Of a stretch of 64,000 nt of DNA, positions 41,052 through 50,837 are shown piece by piece. The DNA comes from Candidatus Eiseniibacteriota bacterium. Its GTDB lineage: Bacteria; Eisenbacteria; RBG-16-71-46; JABDJR01. Position numbers and translations under genes: made by a program. Numbering within the stretch: position 1 is the stretch's first letter; every line of letters starts with the position of its first letter. Under the pieces are notes generated by a model. That model saw only the letters and a list, made by a program, of their open reading frames with translations, ran no database searches and was not told the DNA's origin. The DNA lies in the NCBI GenBank assembly GCA_963762255.1, contig CAVXKA010000001.1:1152001-1216000 (forward strand), in the 5' to 3' direction.

Positions 41052-42680
41052 CTAAACGCTTAACAGCTGATGGTTTCCCGCTGTGAGTTCGACGACGAGG
41101 GCTTCGAGGAGGTCCGCGGCAATGGCGCGGGAGGCGGCGAGATGCGTTTCCAACTCGTCCACCAATGCCATCAGTTGCTCCACTTTGGCCACGATCCGGC
41201 GTTGTTCGGCGAGGGGTGGGATGGGAACGGCAATAGCGTTCAGTTCCATCTGGTTGATCTTTGGCATCGCGACCCGCGTGGCCGTCTTCACTGCCTGCAC
41301 AAGGTAGGATTCTGACAGCATGTAACGCTGAAGGTAGAACGCGTCGATAAGCGCATCAATGGGATACATGTCGGCGCTACACAGACCGTCGAATTCAACG
41401 ACCACGACCTTGGCCAAGTTTGGGCGGATTTTTGAATAGACGACTTGGCCCCGATAAAACCGATGGTTCGCACTGATGACCTTGTCCTCGCGCACCGTCG
41501 CACACGGCAGGAGCACACCAGTTCCCTTTTCGATGTTGTCTGGAGCGAGGTGGGTGAAATCCAAGAAGGCATCGGGTTTCACCAGACTGGAGGCGATGAT
41601 TGCCACATCGCGGAAGCGAGCCCACGTCCAATTGTCGGGGAGTTCGTATTGCAGTGCCTCTGCCGGGAGCGGCGAAAGAGGGGCGGCCTGGCGACGATGC
41701 TGCTCGGGAGTGAGTTCGCGGGCGATGCGTTCGATCAGCTCTTCCGCCGGTTCGTCGTTGGGGTTTTGGGGGACGAGTTTACCTTGGACGGCGAGGGTGA
41801 GGATGGATTTACGGAGGTCGGCGGCCGAGATGGAGTAGGACTTGTGGAAAATGAAATTGAGGTTGGCTGGCACAGGAGCCTCGGCAAAGCGGGCCAGCGA
41901 CGCGTGGGCGAGTGCGGCGTGTCGCGTCTCCCGTTCATGCTGCTGCGCCTCTAGCCGATCACACAACGCCATCAACTCATCCACCTTCGCCACGATCCGC
42001 TTCTGTTCAGCGAGGGGTGGAACAGGAATCTGGAAGCCGTCTAAGTCTCCCTTTGATATGGCGACAAAGGTAGAACCAACACCCATGCTTGCGATTGAGC
42101 GCTCCAAGGCCCGAAGCACATACAGGAGATACATCTGGTCTCCCCCGAGGCTTCGGAGAGCGGTGAGTCCTCGGCCAATGCAAGACTTCTCCTGAAGAAC
42201 ATTGGTCGGACCCACGGGCGCTCGGACTGAGATCACTACGTCACCAGGCAACCCAATCTTTGTCGGTTGTGTGCACCAATCCGTTGCCGTGGGATAGAGG
42301 CGTCCAAACTGGGCCTTCCCTTGGTAGAAGGGTAACCCGTTCCGGGATTTGTTGTACGCACACGAGGGGGGGCTCTGCCCCATAATCACCGCAACGTAGA
42401 CCGACAAGGGTGCGCGGATCCAACCACTCGGCAACTCACTATCGAGCTGTTTCAAGAAGTTGAGGGCAGGTGTCTCGTCACGGACCACCTTAGCTGCTAC
42501 TAGTTGCCTTCGAGCTACGACAGCGCTTCGAATCAGACTGGAAGCTGGCTCGTCTCCAGCGTCTTGGCGGACGAGTCTGCCCTGAATAGCCCACTGCAGC
42601 ACCAACTCCCTCATCTTCCCCACCGCATTGGGTACGTCGGCGAACTGGTCGAACTTCTCGAAGAAGGTCTCCAGCTTCAT
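41052..42680 (-). CDS. hsdS: Type I R-M specificity subunit
   Basis: Two TRDs, each followed by the conserved IPVPPLAEQKRIVAKVDELMAL / VPIPPLAEQRRIVAKVEQLMAL; LAVQGKLVPQ. Confidence 0.95.
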   Translation of the reverse strand: MKLETFFEKFDQFADVPNAVGKMRELVLQWAIQGRLVRQDAGDEPASSLIRSAVVARRQLVAAKVVRDETPALNFLKQLDSELPSGWIRAPLSVYVAVIMGQSPPSCAYNKSRNGLPFYQGKAQFGRLYPTATDWCTQPTKIGLPGDVVISVRAPVGPTNVLQEKSCIGRGLTALRSLGGDQMYLLYVLRALERSIASMGVGSTFVAISKGDLDGFQIPVPPLAEQKRIVAKVDELMALCDRLEAQQHERETRHAALAHASLARFAEAPVPANLNFIFHKSYSISAADLRKSILTLAVQGKLVPQNPNDEPAEELIERIARELTPEQHRRQAAPLSPLPAEALQYELPDNWTWARFRDVAIIASSLVKPDAFLDFTHLAPDNIEKGTGVLLPCATVREDKVISANHRFYRGQVVYSKIRPNLAKVVVVEFDGLCSADMYPIDALIDAFYLQRYMLSESYLVQAVKTATRVAMPKINQMELNAIAVPIPPLAEQRRIVAKVEQLMALVDELETHLAASRAIAADLLEALVVELTAGNHQLLSV

Positions 42681-44152
42681 TCAGCAACCCTGGTGGTAGC
42701 GGTGAGGGCGTGGTGGAGTTCCCGCTTCAACTTCGCCCGTGTCTCGGCGATCTGGGCGAGGAGCTTCTCGTATTCCGGCAGGAGGTGGTCCACGTCGCCG
42801 GGGCCGGTGTCGGGGTTGTGCGGGTTCTTGAGGTCGAGGTTGAAGTTGCCGGCCTTGATCTGATCGATGGAGACGCGCCAGGCGTGTTCGTCTTCCACGC
42901 GGGACTTGAAACCCTTCTTCTCCGAGCCCCACCAGGCGCGCTCGCCCTCGAACTCCTCAATGCGGATAGGTTTGCCCTTGTTGTAGCTCTTGGCGCCAGG
43001 AGGATAAGGGTGCTCGTAGTACCAGACGTGGGTGGTGGGCTGACCCTTAGTGAAGAACAAGAGGTTGGTGCGGATGCCGGTGTAGGGATTGAAGACCCCG
43101 TTCGGGAGACGGACGATGGTGTGGAGGTTGCATTCGGTGAGGAGGGCTTCCTTAATGCGGGTCTTCACGCCCTCGCCGAAGAGGGTGCCGTCCGGCAGTA
43201 CGAGCCCGGCGCGGCCGCCGGGCTTGAGGATCTTCATGAGGAGCACGAGGAAGAGGTCGGCGGTCTCGCGGGTGCGAAACTCGGCGGGGAAGTTCGACTC
43301 GATGCCGTCCTCCTCCATGCCGCCAAAGGGTGGATTCGTGACGATGACGTCCACGCGTTCCTTCGGGCCCCAGTCGCGCAGCGGGCGGGCGAGGGTATTG
43401 TCGTGCCGGACGCTGGACGGGACGTCGATGCCGTGCAGCAGGAGATTGGTCATGCACAGGACGTGCGGGAGGTGCTTCTTCTCGATGCCGGCGAAGCAGT
43501 CCTGAATGGCGCGCTCGTGGGCCTCGGTCTTGGCCTGCTTGCGCAGGTGTTCGATGGCGCAGACGAGGAAGCCGCCTGTTCCGCAGGCGGGGTCAAGGAT
43601 GGTCTCACCAAGACGGGGATTGACTTGTTCGACGATGAACTGGGTAACGGCACGCGGGGTGTAGAACTCGCCGGCATTTCCCGCAGACTGGAGATCCTTG
43701 AGAAGCTTCTCGTAGATGTCACCGAACATGTGGCGGTCAGCGGAGGCATTGAAGTCGATGCCATTGATCTTGTTGATGACCTGCCGCATGAGGGTGCCGT
43801 TCTTCATGTAATTGTTGGCATCCTCAAAGACCATGCGGATGAGCCCGGCGATCCTGTCGCCACCGCCAGTCAGGGACTTCAGCTTTGGCAAGAGCGTGTT
43901 GTTGACGAATTCGAGCAGGACATCGCCGGTGATGCCTTCGTCGTCAGTCGCCCAAGTGGACCAGCGGAGGCTTCTCGGTAGGGGCGACTTGTAGTCGTCT
44001 CGGACGATCTTCATCTCCTTCTCGCGGTCATCGAAGATCTTGAGGAAGAACATCCAGCCGAGCTGCTCCAGCCGCTGCGCATCACCGTAAGTGCCGGCGT
44101 CCTTACGCATGATGTCCTGGATCGTCTTAACGATGTTGGAGATGTTGGCCAT
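42677..44152 (-). CDS. hsdM: Type I R-M N6-adenine methyltransferase
   Basis: GEFYTPRAV, ILDPACGTGGFL, VTNPPFGG, VLPDGTLFG. Confidence 0.95.
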   Translation of the reverse strand: MANISNIVKTIQDIMRKDAGTYGDAQRLEQLGWMFFLKIFDDREKEMKIVRDDYKSPLPRSLRWSTWATDDEGITGDVLLEFVNNTLLPKLKSLTGGGDRIAGLIRMVFEDANNYMKNGTLMRQVINKINGIDFNASADRHMFGDIYEKLLKDLQSAGNAGEFYTPRAVTQFIVEQVNPRLGETILDPACGTGGFLVCAIEHLRKQAKTEAHERAIQDCFAGIEKKHLPHVLCMTNLLLHGIDVPSSVRHDNTLARPLRDWGPKERVDVIVTNPPFGGMEEDGIESNFPAEFRTRETADLFLVLLMKILKPGGRAGLVLPDGTLFGEGVKTRIKEALLTECNLHTIVRLPNGVFNPYTGIRTNLLFFTKGQPTTHVWYYEHPYPPGAKSYNKGKPIRIEEFEGERAWWGSEKKGFKSRVEDEHAWRVSIDQIKAGNFNLDLKNPHNPDTGPGDVDHLLPEYEKLLAQIAETRAKLKRELHHALTATTRVAE

Positions 44153-44155
44153 GGG

Positions 44156-46527
44156 TCAGGCTGCTTCCCTGTAGAGCTGGTTTTCCAGTTCGTGGATGGC
44201 GGCAAGGTAGTTCTCTTTGCCGCCAAAGAGGTTGACGATTTCAATGGGCGTGCCGAAAGCAGTCAACGGATCGACTTTGAGGATTTCGAGCGATTCGACG
44301 CTCTTCAACCCAGCGTCGGCGTATTTGTCCAGCAAGGCTTCCAGGACGCCGCGAGCTGCTTTGCCGTACTTCCCAAAGACGTGTCGCTTGCGCACATGCT
44401 CCGCGCGTTCGCGTCGGGTAAGCGGCGGTTGGTCGAAGGCCACATGGCAGATGAGATCGAAAACGTCGATGTCCCGGCCGACCTGCTCGGCGAGTTCCTC
44501 CAGAAACACGCCGCGACTGGCAAGCTCCTCCAGGATGACTTGCTTGCGGTCTGCCTTGTTCCAGGCGTTCAGGAACGCGTCCAGAGAGGTGTACGCCTTC
44601 CGGACCGCCTTCCGAGTGTAGTCCTTAAGCGACTCAGTAATGAGCGTGCCGTCTGCGTCGAGGTACTGGACGCGCTCTGTGACGATCGTGACTTCAACGT
44701 CGTCGACGTAGTACTTGGGCGACCGCTCACGTGCCACGTCTCCGCCCACACCGCCAGGCGTGTCGGGGTTCCCGTCCGCGTTACCCCCATCCGTGTCGAT
44801 CTCTGACTCTTCTTCTGGTGGGACGGGCGGATCGCCGGGCTTGGGTTCGTAGATCTGGACGGGGTCACCGTCGAAGTTCGGGTCGGCGAACAGCGCTGTG
44901 GCCCGTTTGAAGTCCATGATGGTGAAGAAGAATTTGTCGTAATCCTCGTTGATGCGGGTGCCGCGACCGATGATCTGCTTGAACTCGGTCATCGAGTTGA
45001 TGCGTTTGTCGAGCACGATCAGGCGACAGGTCTGCGCGTCGACGCCCGTTGACATCAGCTGCGAGGTTGTTGCGATCACCGGGTAGGTGGACTCCGGGTC
45101 GATGAAATTGTCGAGTTGTGCCTTTCCTTCGTCGTTGTCCCCGGTGATGCGCATCACGTACTTGCTGTTGGCTGCGGCAAGGTCAGGATTTGCATTGACC
45201 AGCGCTTGGCGCATCCGCTCCGCGTGGTCGATGTCCTCGCAAAACACGATGGTCTTGGCGAAACGGTCGGTCGCTATGAGGAACTCAGTGATCTTGGCCG
45301 CGACGAGCTGCGGTCCGCTGTTCGAGAACCAGGGTGCGATCGAAATCCGAAACGTTGTACTCGCGGTCCTCAATGAGATGACCGTGCTTGTCGGTCTTCC
45401 CCTTCTCAGGGCGCCAGCCTTCCAGGTCCTTGTCGATGTCGATCCGGATCACCTTGTAGGGGGCCAGGAAGCCGTCGTCGATGCCCTGCCTCAGGGAATA
45501 GGTGTAGATCGGATCCCCGAAGTATTCGATGTTGGAGACATCCCTGGTCTCCTTGGGCGTTGCCGTCATGCCGATCTGCGTGGCCGACGAGAAGTACTCC
45601 AGCACTTCACGCCAGCGCGCAGTCATCGGCGGCGCTGCCCCGATGGCACTCGTCCACGATTACGAGGTCGAAGAAGTCCGGGGAGAACTGTTTGTAGATG
45701 TTCTGCTCTTCCTCCGTCCCCGTGACGGCCTGGTAGAGGGACAGGTAGATCTCAAAGGCTTTGTCGACCTTACGGTTGGTGATCTTGGTCATCGCCTGCC
45801 CGAAGGGCTTGAAGTCATTGGTCTTTGTTTGGTCAGCGAGTATGTTGCGGTCGACAAGGAAGAGGATCCGCTTCTTTGCGCCCGACTTCCAAAGACGCCA
45901 GATGATCTGGAACGCGGTGTAGGTCTTTCCGGTTCCGGTGGCCATGACAAGCAGGATGCGATCCTCGCCCTTGGCGATGGCTTCGACCGTTCGGTTGATA
46001 GCGACCAGCTGGTAGTAACGGGGCGTCTTGCCAGAGCCGTCATCGTGGTAGCCCTGCGTTGTCACAAGGTCCTGGGCTGCAGTGTGGCTCTTGGCCTTGC
46101 TATAGCGCGCCCAGAGATCGTCCGGGGTGGGGAACTGGTCGAGCGGGATTTCTCTTTCGACGGGGCCGCCAGCTCCTGTCCTGTCATGCTCCAGGAAGGC
46201 ATCACCGTTCGAGCTGTAGGCAAAGGGAACATCGAGGATCTCGGCGTACTCCAGAGCCTGCTGCATGCCCGCGCCGACGGAGTGATTGTTGTCCTTCGCC
46301 TCGATGACGGCGATCGGAATGCCCGGCTTGTAGTCGAGAATGTAGTCGGCCTTCTTGCCCTTACCGCGGCTGACGGGCTTGCTGCGGGCGTTCACAGGCC
46401 CGTTCGTGAAGTAGAACTCCTGCCTGATCTGGGTCATTACGTCCCACTTGCCGCCATTCGGGGCAACAAGCGCAGGCGTGATGAACTTGGTGCAGACATC
46501 TGTCTCGGTCAGGGTTTTCTTATCCAT
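44156..46527 (-). CDS. hsdR: Type I R-M restriction subunit (EcoAI/EcoEI-like); frameshifts near 45310 and 45615
   Basis: [46 protein letters not shown], EcoEI-type C-terminus ([19 protein letters not shown]). Confidence 0.93.
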
Positions 46528-46731
46528 GTATCCTGCACATCCGGCTTGGTCCTGGCCCGCCTAATCGCGCTGTTATGCCGCACTCGCGTTATCGCCGCGC
46601 GTCTAGGTGCTGTGCCGCGACATTGGAGGCACAGCCCAAGTGTACCTGCCGAGACGAAGCTGTCGCTCTCCGCCGTGACAATAGCCCACCAGCGCGATCA
46701 CCGCGGGAAGGTAACGTGACCAACACGGTAC

Positions 46732-47763
46732 TCAAACCCCGTCTGCACCCGTGGCGTGCGCAGCGGCCTGCCGCCTTTCGTACCATCGTTTCCAAAGCTG
46801 GCGCAGGACAGGATTCGTACATCGACTGGCAAGATCCTCCGCGAGATCGTCGGCCTGGGCTCGCAGCGCCGCATCTGCACCGATCAATGTCAGCGCGTTG
46901 GTAGCAGCTCGGGAGGGGTACACGTGAGTGCTTCGTTGTCGAATCACTTTCACGTCGCGCGCACTGCTGCGAATTGCGTCCATCCGCTGACCGATGTCTT
47001 CGATGACGTCCATCGTATCTGAATACGAGAGTTCCCACCGATCTGAGTTTGGCTCCAATGCGAATGTAGGGGACTCAACCAACTCATCTAGCTGATCCAA
47101 GTATACGTGCAGGCTGTCGCTGAAATGGATGTAGGGTCCTGGCTTGAGGCCCAGCCACCCCGCCAACATTTCCTGGAGGGTGGTGAACTGGACGACGTTG
47201 TGGGGCCAGCCGAGTTTGAGATCATTGCTGCGCATGACTTGGACCCACTCCAGCCGCTCCTCACGCACCTTGAGCAGCGAACACACATTGCAGGGGATGT
47301 CCTGACTTCTCGGCTGGCCAGCCTCGATCGGCAGATCTGATGCCGCATCCCAGATCTGCAACACCACCTGTCGTGTGTCGGGGCGTGCGCGTAGCGATTC
47401 GAAAGCGTAGCGAATCTGGTCGATGCCAAAGCGAAACCGCAGACGCTGACCGTAGGCACCATAGTAGAGGGGCCCGCGGCCAGCGAGCTTCGGGAGACGT
47501 GGATTCCAGTAGTTGAGAAACCCGGAGTCATCCCGCCCGCTGAGAATCCAGATCACCTCCGCAAGTGCGAATGCCGGGTTCATCGCCGGCCGTCGATTGA
47601 GCACCCAGCGCTCTGCCGACTCGTTGATCACCAAGCACGTATGGAGCAGCTCGATCGTATCGCCACCACGGCCGGTCTGCTGCAGGGTTCCATGTCGCCG
47701 ACCAATTCGCTCTGCCGCGTCACGCCAGACCTCGTCAGCGGTCCTACCTTCGATCAAGTGCAC
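46732..47763 (-). CDS. Thymidylate synthase-superfamily protein (dUMP hydroxymethylase-like clade)
   Basis: NPAFALAEVIWILSG, GAYGQRLR, DTRQVVLQIWD, DIPCN, MRSNDLKLGWPHN, HFSDSLHVY; GTG start overlaps the upstream gene. Confidence 0.85.
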   Translation of the reverse strand: MHLIEGRTADEVWRDAAERIGRRHGTLQQTGRGGDTIELLHTCLVINESAERWVLNRRPAMNPAFALAEVIWILSGRDDSGFLNYWNPRLPKLAGRGPLYYGAYGQRLRFRFGIDQIRYAFESLRARPDTRQVVLQIWDAASDLPIEAGQPRSQDIPCNVCSLLKVREERLEWVQVMRSNDLKLGWPHNVVQFTTLQEMLAGWLGLKPGPYIHFSDSLHVYLDQLDELVESPTFALEPNSDRWELSYSDTMDVIEDIGQRMDAIRSSARDVKVIRQRSTHVYPSRAATNALTLIGADAALRAQADDLAEDLASRCTNPVLRQLWKRWYERRQAAAHATGADGV

Positions 47764-49463
47764 TGAACGTCCCCCCGTATGTGTCCAATTCGCTCGTTGA
47801 GCTTCCACTTTGGCGGATACCACGGCATGGGCAGCGGACCAATCGGCCGGAAGACCTGCTTGATGCGGGTTCGCCCATCCGCGCTGATCATGTCCGGATG
47901 CGCGATTCGCGAGTACTTGTCTACCTCGCAGAACAGGTTCTGGCAGTCAATCAACTGAAGAGGCCGCCCCCACAGATCCCGGAAGGCGAGGCCGCGTTGC
48001 TCGAATTCGTCGTATTGGCTCTCAGCCACATGCCGCATTACGTCCGCTTCGCTAAGTCCGGCGAGGTCACTGAAGCACTTTTGAATACCCCTTCGCGCGC
48101 CGGGCCCAGGCACCACGAAGTCCATCTCTGAGAAATTGAGAAGCTGACTGTAATTGAGGTCGATGATGTACTGGAATGCGAGAAAATCGCCCATCATCGG
48201 GTAGGCACGGAGTATCTCAAACCCCTGGCGAAGGGAGCGCGCGTCGACCAGCCGTTGTGGCAGGTCGTCGCGGAGCATCTGTTCAAGCAATCGAATATGC
48301 CCCAGGTGCTTCGCGCGACCCTGGCCGCCGGGGGCGACTGGCATAATGTAGGCGGCCGAGTAGATCCGCTTGTCTTCCCTTTGGGCTCCATCCAGCACCC
48401 TCTCATACCGGGACGGCTTGAATTCGGCTGCAAGCAGTTCACCAAGGGTCTGCTCCAGCAACTCCCAAGTGTCGATGCGGTTGAAGAGTCTGAAGAGGAT
48501 CGTCCTAAAGAACAGCTCGTCCGGTTGTTGTTCGCCTGCATAGAGCACGTTGCGAATCAGGTATTGACTCACTCGATCGGAAGCGCGGTAGGCGTTTGTA
48601 AAGCGGTGGCGCTGAAGGATGGGGTCGGTACTCCATTGTGGGGGTGTGCCTTCCAAGCGACGAAAAAAGACCTCCTGGCGCTCTGCGGCGAAGCGCCAGT
48701 ACGTGTCGAACACCTTAGTCGGCTTAAGCCCCTTGGCGCGCGCCATGCACAGTGTCGGCGACGGGGGATGCGGGGATGTCCTTTCACTGAGCGCGAGGCT
48801 CAGTTGTGGACCGCCCTTGGCGCTTTCGCCTGAGGTCATATGCCGGACTCCGCAAATCCTATCCATCACGCTATTCGCCATGCCGGTCACGACCGCATCA
48901 GGGTCCATACGGTTGTTGATGACCTCTACGCAACTGTGAGCCCGCTCGCGGGTGGCCAATTCACGGTATTCATGCGCCAGTTCGTGCCACTTCCGCGTGT
49001 CCTCGCTCACGCGCCAGGGCCGATGGCGGTCAATCATGAACACGACCAGCGGTTGCAGGGCTCCCCAGCACCGACGCTCGGCCGCGATGAGGCTCTCCAA
49101 AACGTCGGGGGAGATTCCGCTCAACGCTCCATAGACCGCGGTGGACCACCAGTAGCGATCAAGCACGATGTTCTCACCCGAGTCCACTTTGGGTCGGAAC
49201 ACTCTTTCGATGGCGTCGAGGTGCGCCGCAATGTGTGCGGCTTGGAGCGCCACGGGAGCAATCGCCCCAACGCCAAGGGCGCTAGCTTCATGATGAAGTC
49301 GGTATACAAGGGAGCCGAGGGTCCCTGGTTCGTTTCCCGGAAACGCGTGGGCATGGCAGACGAGGCCGACCTCACGGAGTCGCTCGATGAGTGCTGCGGT
49401 GAGCGTGGACTTGCCAACACCGTCGGGTCCCTCCAAGACGATTAGGTGACCAAGCCTCCTCAT
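47754..49463 (-). CDS. Fusion of a thymidylate-kinase-like P-loop domain and a 5-hmdU DNA kinase helical (aGPT-Pplase1-type) domain
   Basis: LEGPDGVGKST, FPG, LDRYWWST (Tmk-like); YWRFAAERQ..DPILQRHRFTNAYRASDRVSQY, IYSAAYIM, GDFLAFQYIIDLNYS, PGPGA, DCQNLFCEVDKY. Confidence 0.8.
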   Translation of the reverse strand: MRRLGHLIVLEGPDGVGKSTLTAALIERLREVGLVCHAHAFPGNEPGTLGSLVYRLHHEASALGVGAIAPVALQAAHIAAHLDAIERVFRPKVDSGENIVLDRYWWSTAVYGALSGISPDVLESLIAAERRCWGALQPLVVFMIDRHRPWRVSEDTRKWHELAHEYRELATRERAHSCVEVINNRMDPDAVVTGMANSVMDRICGVRHMTSGESAKGGPQLSLALSERTSPHPPSPTLCMARAKGLKPTKVFDTYWRFAAERQEVFFRRLEGTPPQWSTDPILQRHRFTNAYRASDRVSQYLIRNVLYAGEQQPDELFFRTILFRLFNRIDTWELLEQTLGELLAAEFKPSRYERVLDGAQREDKRIYSAAYIMPVAPGGQGRAKHLGHIRLLEQMLRDDLPQRLVDARSLRQGFEILRAYPMMGDFLAFQYIIDLNYSQLLNFSEMDFVVPGPGARRGIQKCFSDLAGLSEADVMRHVAESQYDEFEQRGLAFRDLWGRPLQLIDCQNLFCEVDKYSRIAHPDMISADGRTRIKQVFRPIGPLPMPWYPPKWKLNERIGHIRGDVQCT

Positions 49464-49681
49464 GCTCCGTTCCCATCTAGGTCGTCGCCCCCCGAAAGCA
49501 CCGCACCATCCGTCGCGAACATCTCACGGAGCGAAGCTGGCCAAGTTAATGCCCACGCCTTGGTACACTGGTCACCTAGGCGCGCCGCGGCGGCCACAAT
49601 CTTCATTCGGGTGAGCGGTAGTCCTGTCTCACGTGCAAGAGATTGCCCTAGCCGGCGGAGCCCCAGATTCTTGTTGGTCAC
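49460..49681 (-). CDS. 73-aa hypothetical protein, translationally coupled at both ends
   Basis: AAGGAGG RBS; GTGA overlap with the Nmad2 stop and ATGA overlap with the kinase start. Confidence 0.65.
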   Translation of the reverse strand: MTNKNLGLRRLGQSLARETGLPLTRMKIVAAAARLGDQCTKAWALTWPASLREMFATDGAVLSGGDDLDGNGA

Positions 49682-50358
49682 CCAGGTCGCCTCCTTTGAA
49701 CGCTTCGAGGCAATTGTGCCACGTGAGCGGGCGCGGCGATGGCCTTCTGGTGCTTCGAAAACTCTAGTGGCAGCCCTTGCAAGCCCCACAGACCGCTTGT
49801 CTCAAGCCACGCCACGAACACCTCGGTGAACTCCGCGGACAGGACGCGATGACCCTGAGATGAGCAACACAAGACTTCTCCACTCCTCTTGAACGGCTGG
49901 AAGCGCTTTGGAACCCGTACAGCAGAGGCACCGAAGTACACGAACGTCCAGGAGACCAACATGCGGTCTGCGCTAGTGTCGCGCGCGACATTCGTCTGAT
50001 TGGGCTTGCCGTCGTCGAGGCTGTGATGGGAATCTGCTTGAATCCATCGCTTCCCCCGATGGTGATAGATGTTATCACCGTACAGTTGCTTCAAACTGCC
50101 GTTGAGTACTGGTCGCTTGCAGGCGAAACGTGGGTCGCTCCAGTACCCGTTGAAGTCGAGGACCTCGTCGACCTTCATCGCGTAGATGATGTGACCAGCG
50201 AGACCGTACCTCGTCTTCGCGCCAGTTCCGACGATCCAATCGCCCACGACAGCCTTCGATCGAATCTGCGGCTTACACGTCGCCAGGGTGCAGAGCCCGA
50301 AGAAGGGGTTCGGGGCGAAGCCATAGTCACGCGCGACGATGTATGAGAAGAGTTTCAT
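49678..50358 (-). CDS. Nmad2 (nucleotide modification-associated domain 2) protein
   Basis: MKLFSYIVARDYGFAPNPFFGLCTLATCKPQIR..GDWIVG..YAMKV..GDNIYH; TAATG overlap with the TIR gene. Confidence 0.8.
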   Translation of the reverse strand: MKLFSYIVARDYGFAPNPFFGLCTLATCKPQIRSKAVVGDWIVGTGAKTRYGLAGHIIYAMKVDEVLDFNGYWSDPRFACKRPVLNGSLKQLYGDNIYHHRGKRWIQADSHHSLDDGKPNQTNVARDTSADRMLVSWTFVYFGASAVRVPKRFQPFKRSGEVLCCSSQGHRVLSAEFTEVFVAWLETSGLWGLQGLPLEFSKHQKAIAAPAHVAQLPRSVQRRRPG

Positions 50359-50837
50359 TAGCAGTTGTAGCGTTTCAAGATCCACTCACGACTACGCGGC
50401 TTGCCGGTGGCCGGGTCATCCCACTCCTGGATTTCTCCCCTAATGGCCGAAACAACGCGCTCTCCCTGCCAGCCAACGATTGCCGCATCGCCGCACTTGG
50501 CAAGGGCCTGAGGGACATCGGCATCAGTGGCGCCTTGGGCGAAAACCCCGACCACAGTCTTGCCCTGCGCGACTGCTTGCTCGATCTCCCAATCCACCCA
50601 CCAGCTATCGGCGGTGTCGTGGCTTATGAGGACCACCAACGTGCTTGCCCACTGGATCCGTGGCGCGAGGATCTCCTTCTTGATGTAATCCTCGCTCCTG
50701 GCCTCGTTGGGCTTCTCACTGTTTATCGAGCCGTCGCGAACGTCCATCCCGGCGCGACTTATGAGGTCCTTCAGTTTTGGAAGCAGGTCGTCATCCTCGT
50801 GCACGTGCGAGATGAAGATGTTCTTCTTGTCAGCCAT
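50358..50837 (-). CDS. Standalone TIR protein (ThsB/DUF1863-like)
   Basis: NIFISH..IKKEILAPRIQWASTLVVLIS..SWWVDWEIEQA..VVGV; catalytic Glu present; GGAGG RBS. Confidence 0.85.
   Translation of the reverse strand: MADKKNIFISHVHEDDDLLPKLKDLISRAGMDVRDGSINSEKPNEARSEDYIKKEILAPRIQWASTLVVLISHDTADSWWVDWEIEQAVAQGKTVVGVFAQGATDADVPQALAKCGDAAIVGWQGERVVSAIRGEIQEWDDPATGKPRSREWILKRYNC

Noticed and set aside
46732-49463. Housekeeping thyA and tmk
   Set aside because: Divergent motifs (DIPCN), fusion to a DNA-modification domain and island location.
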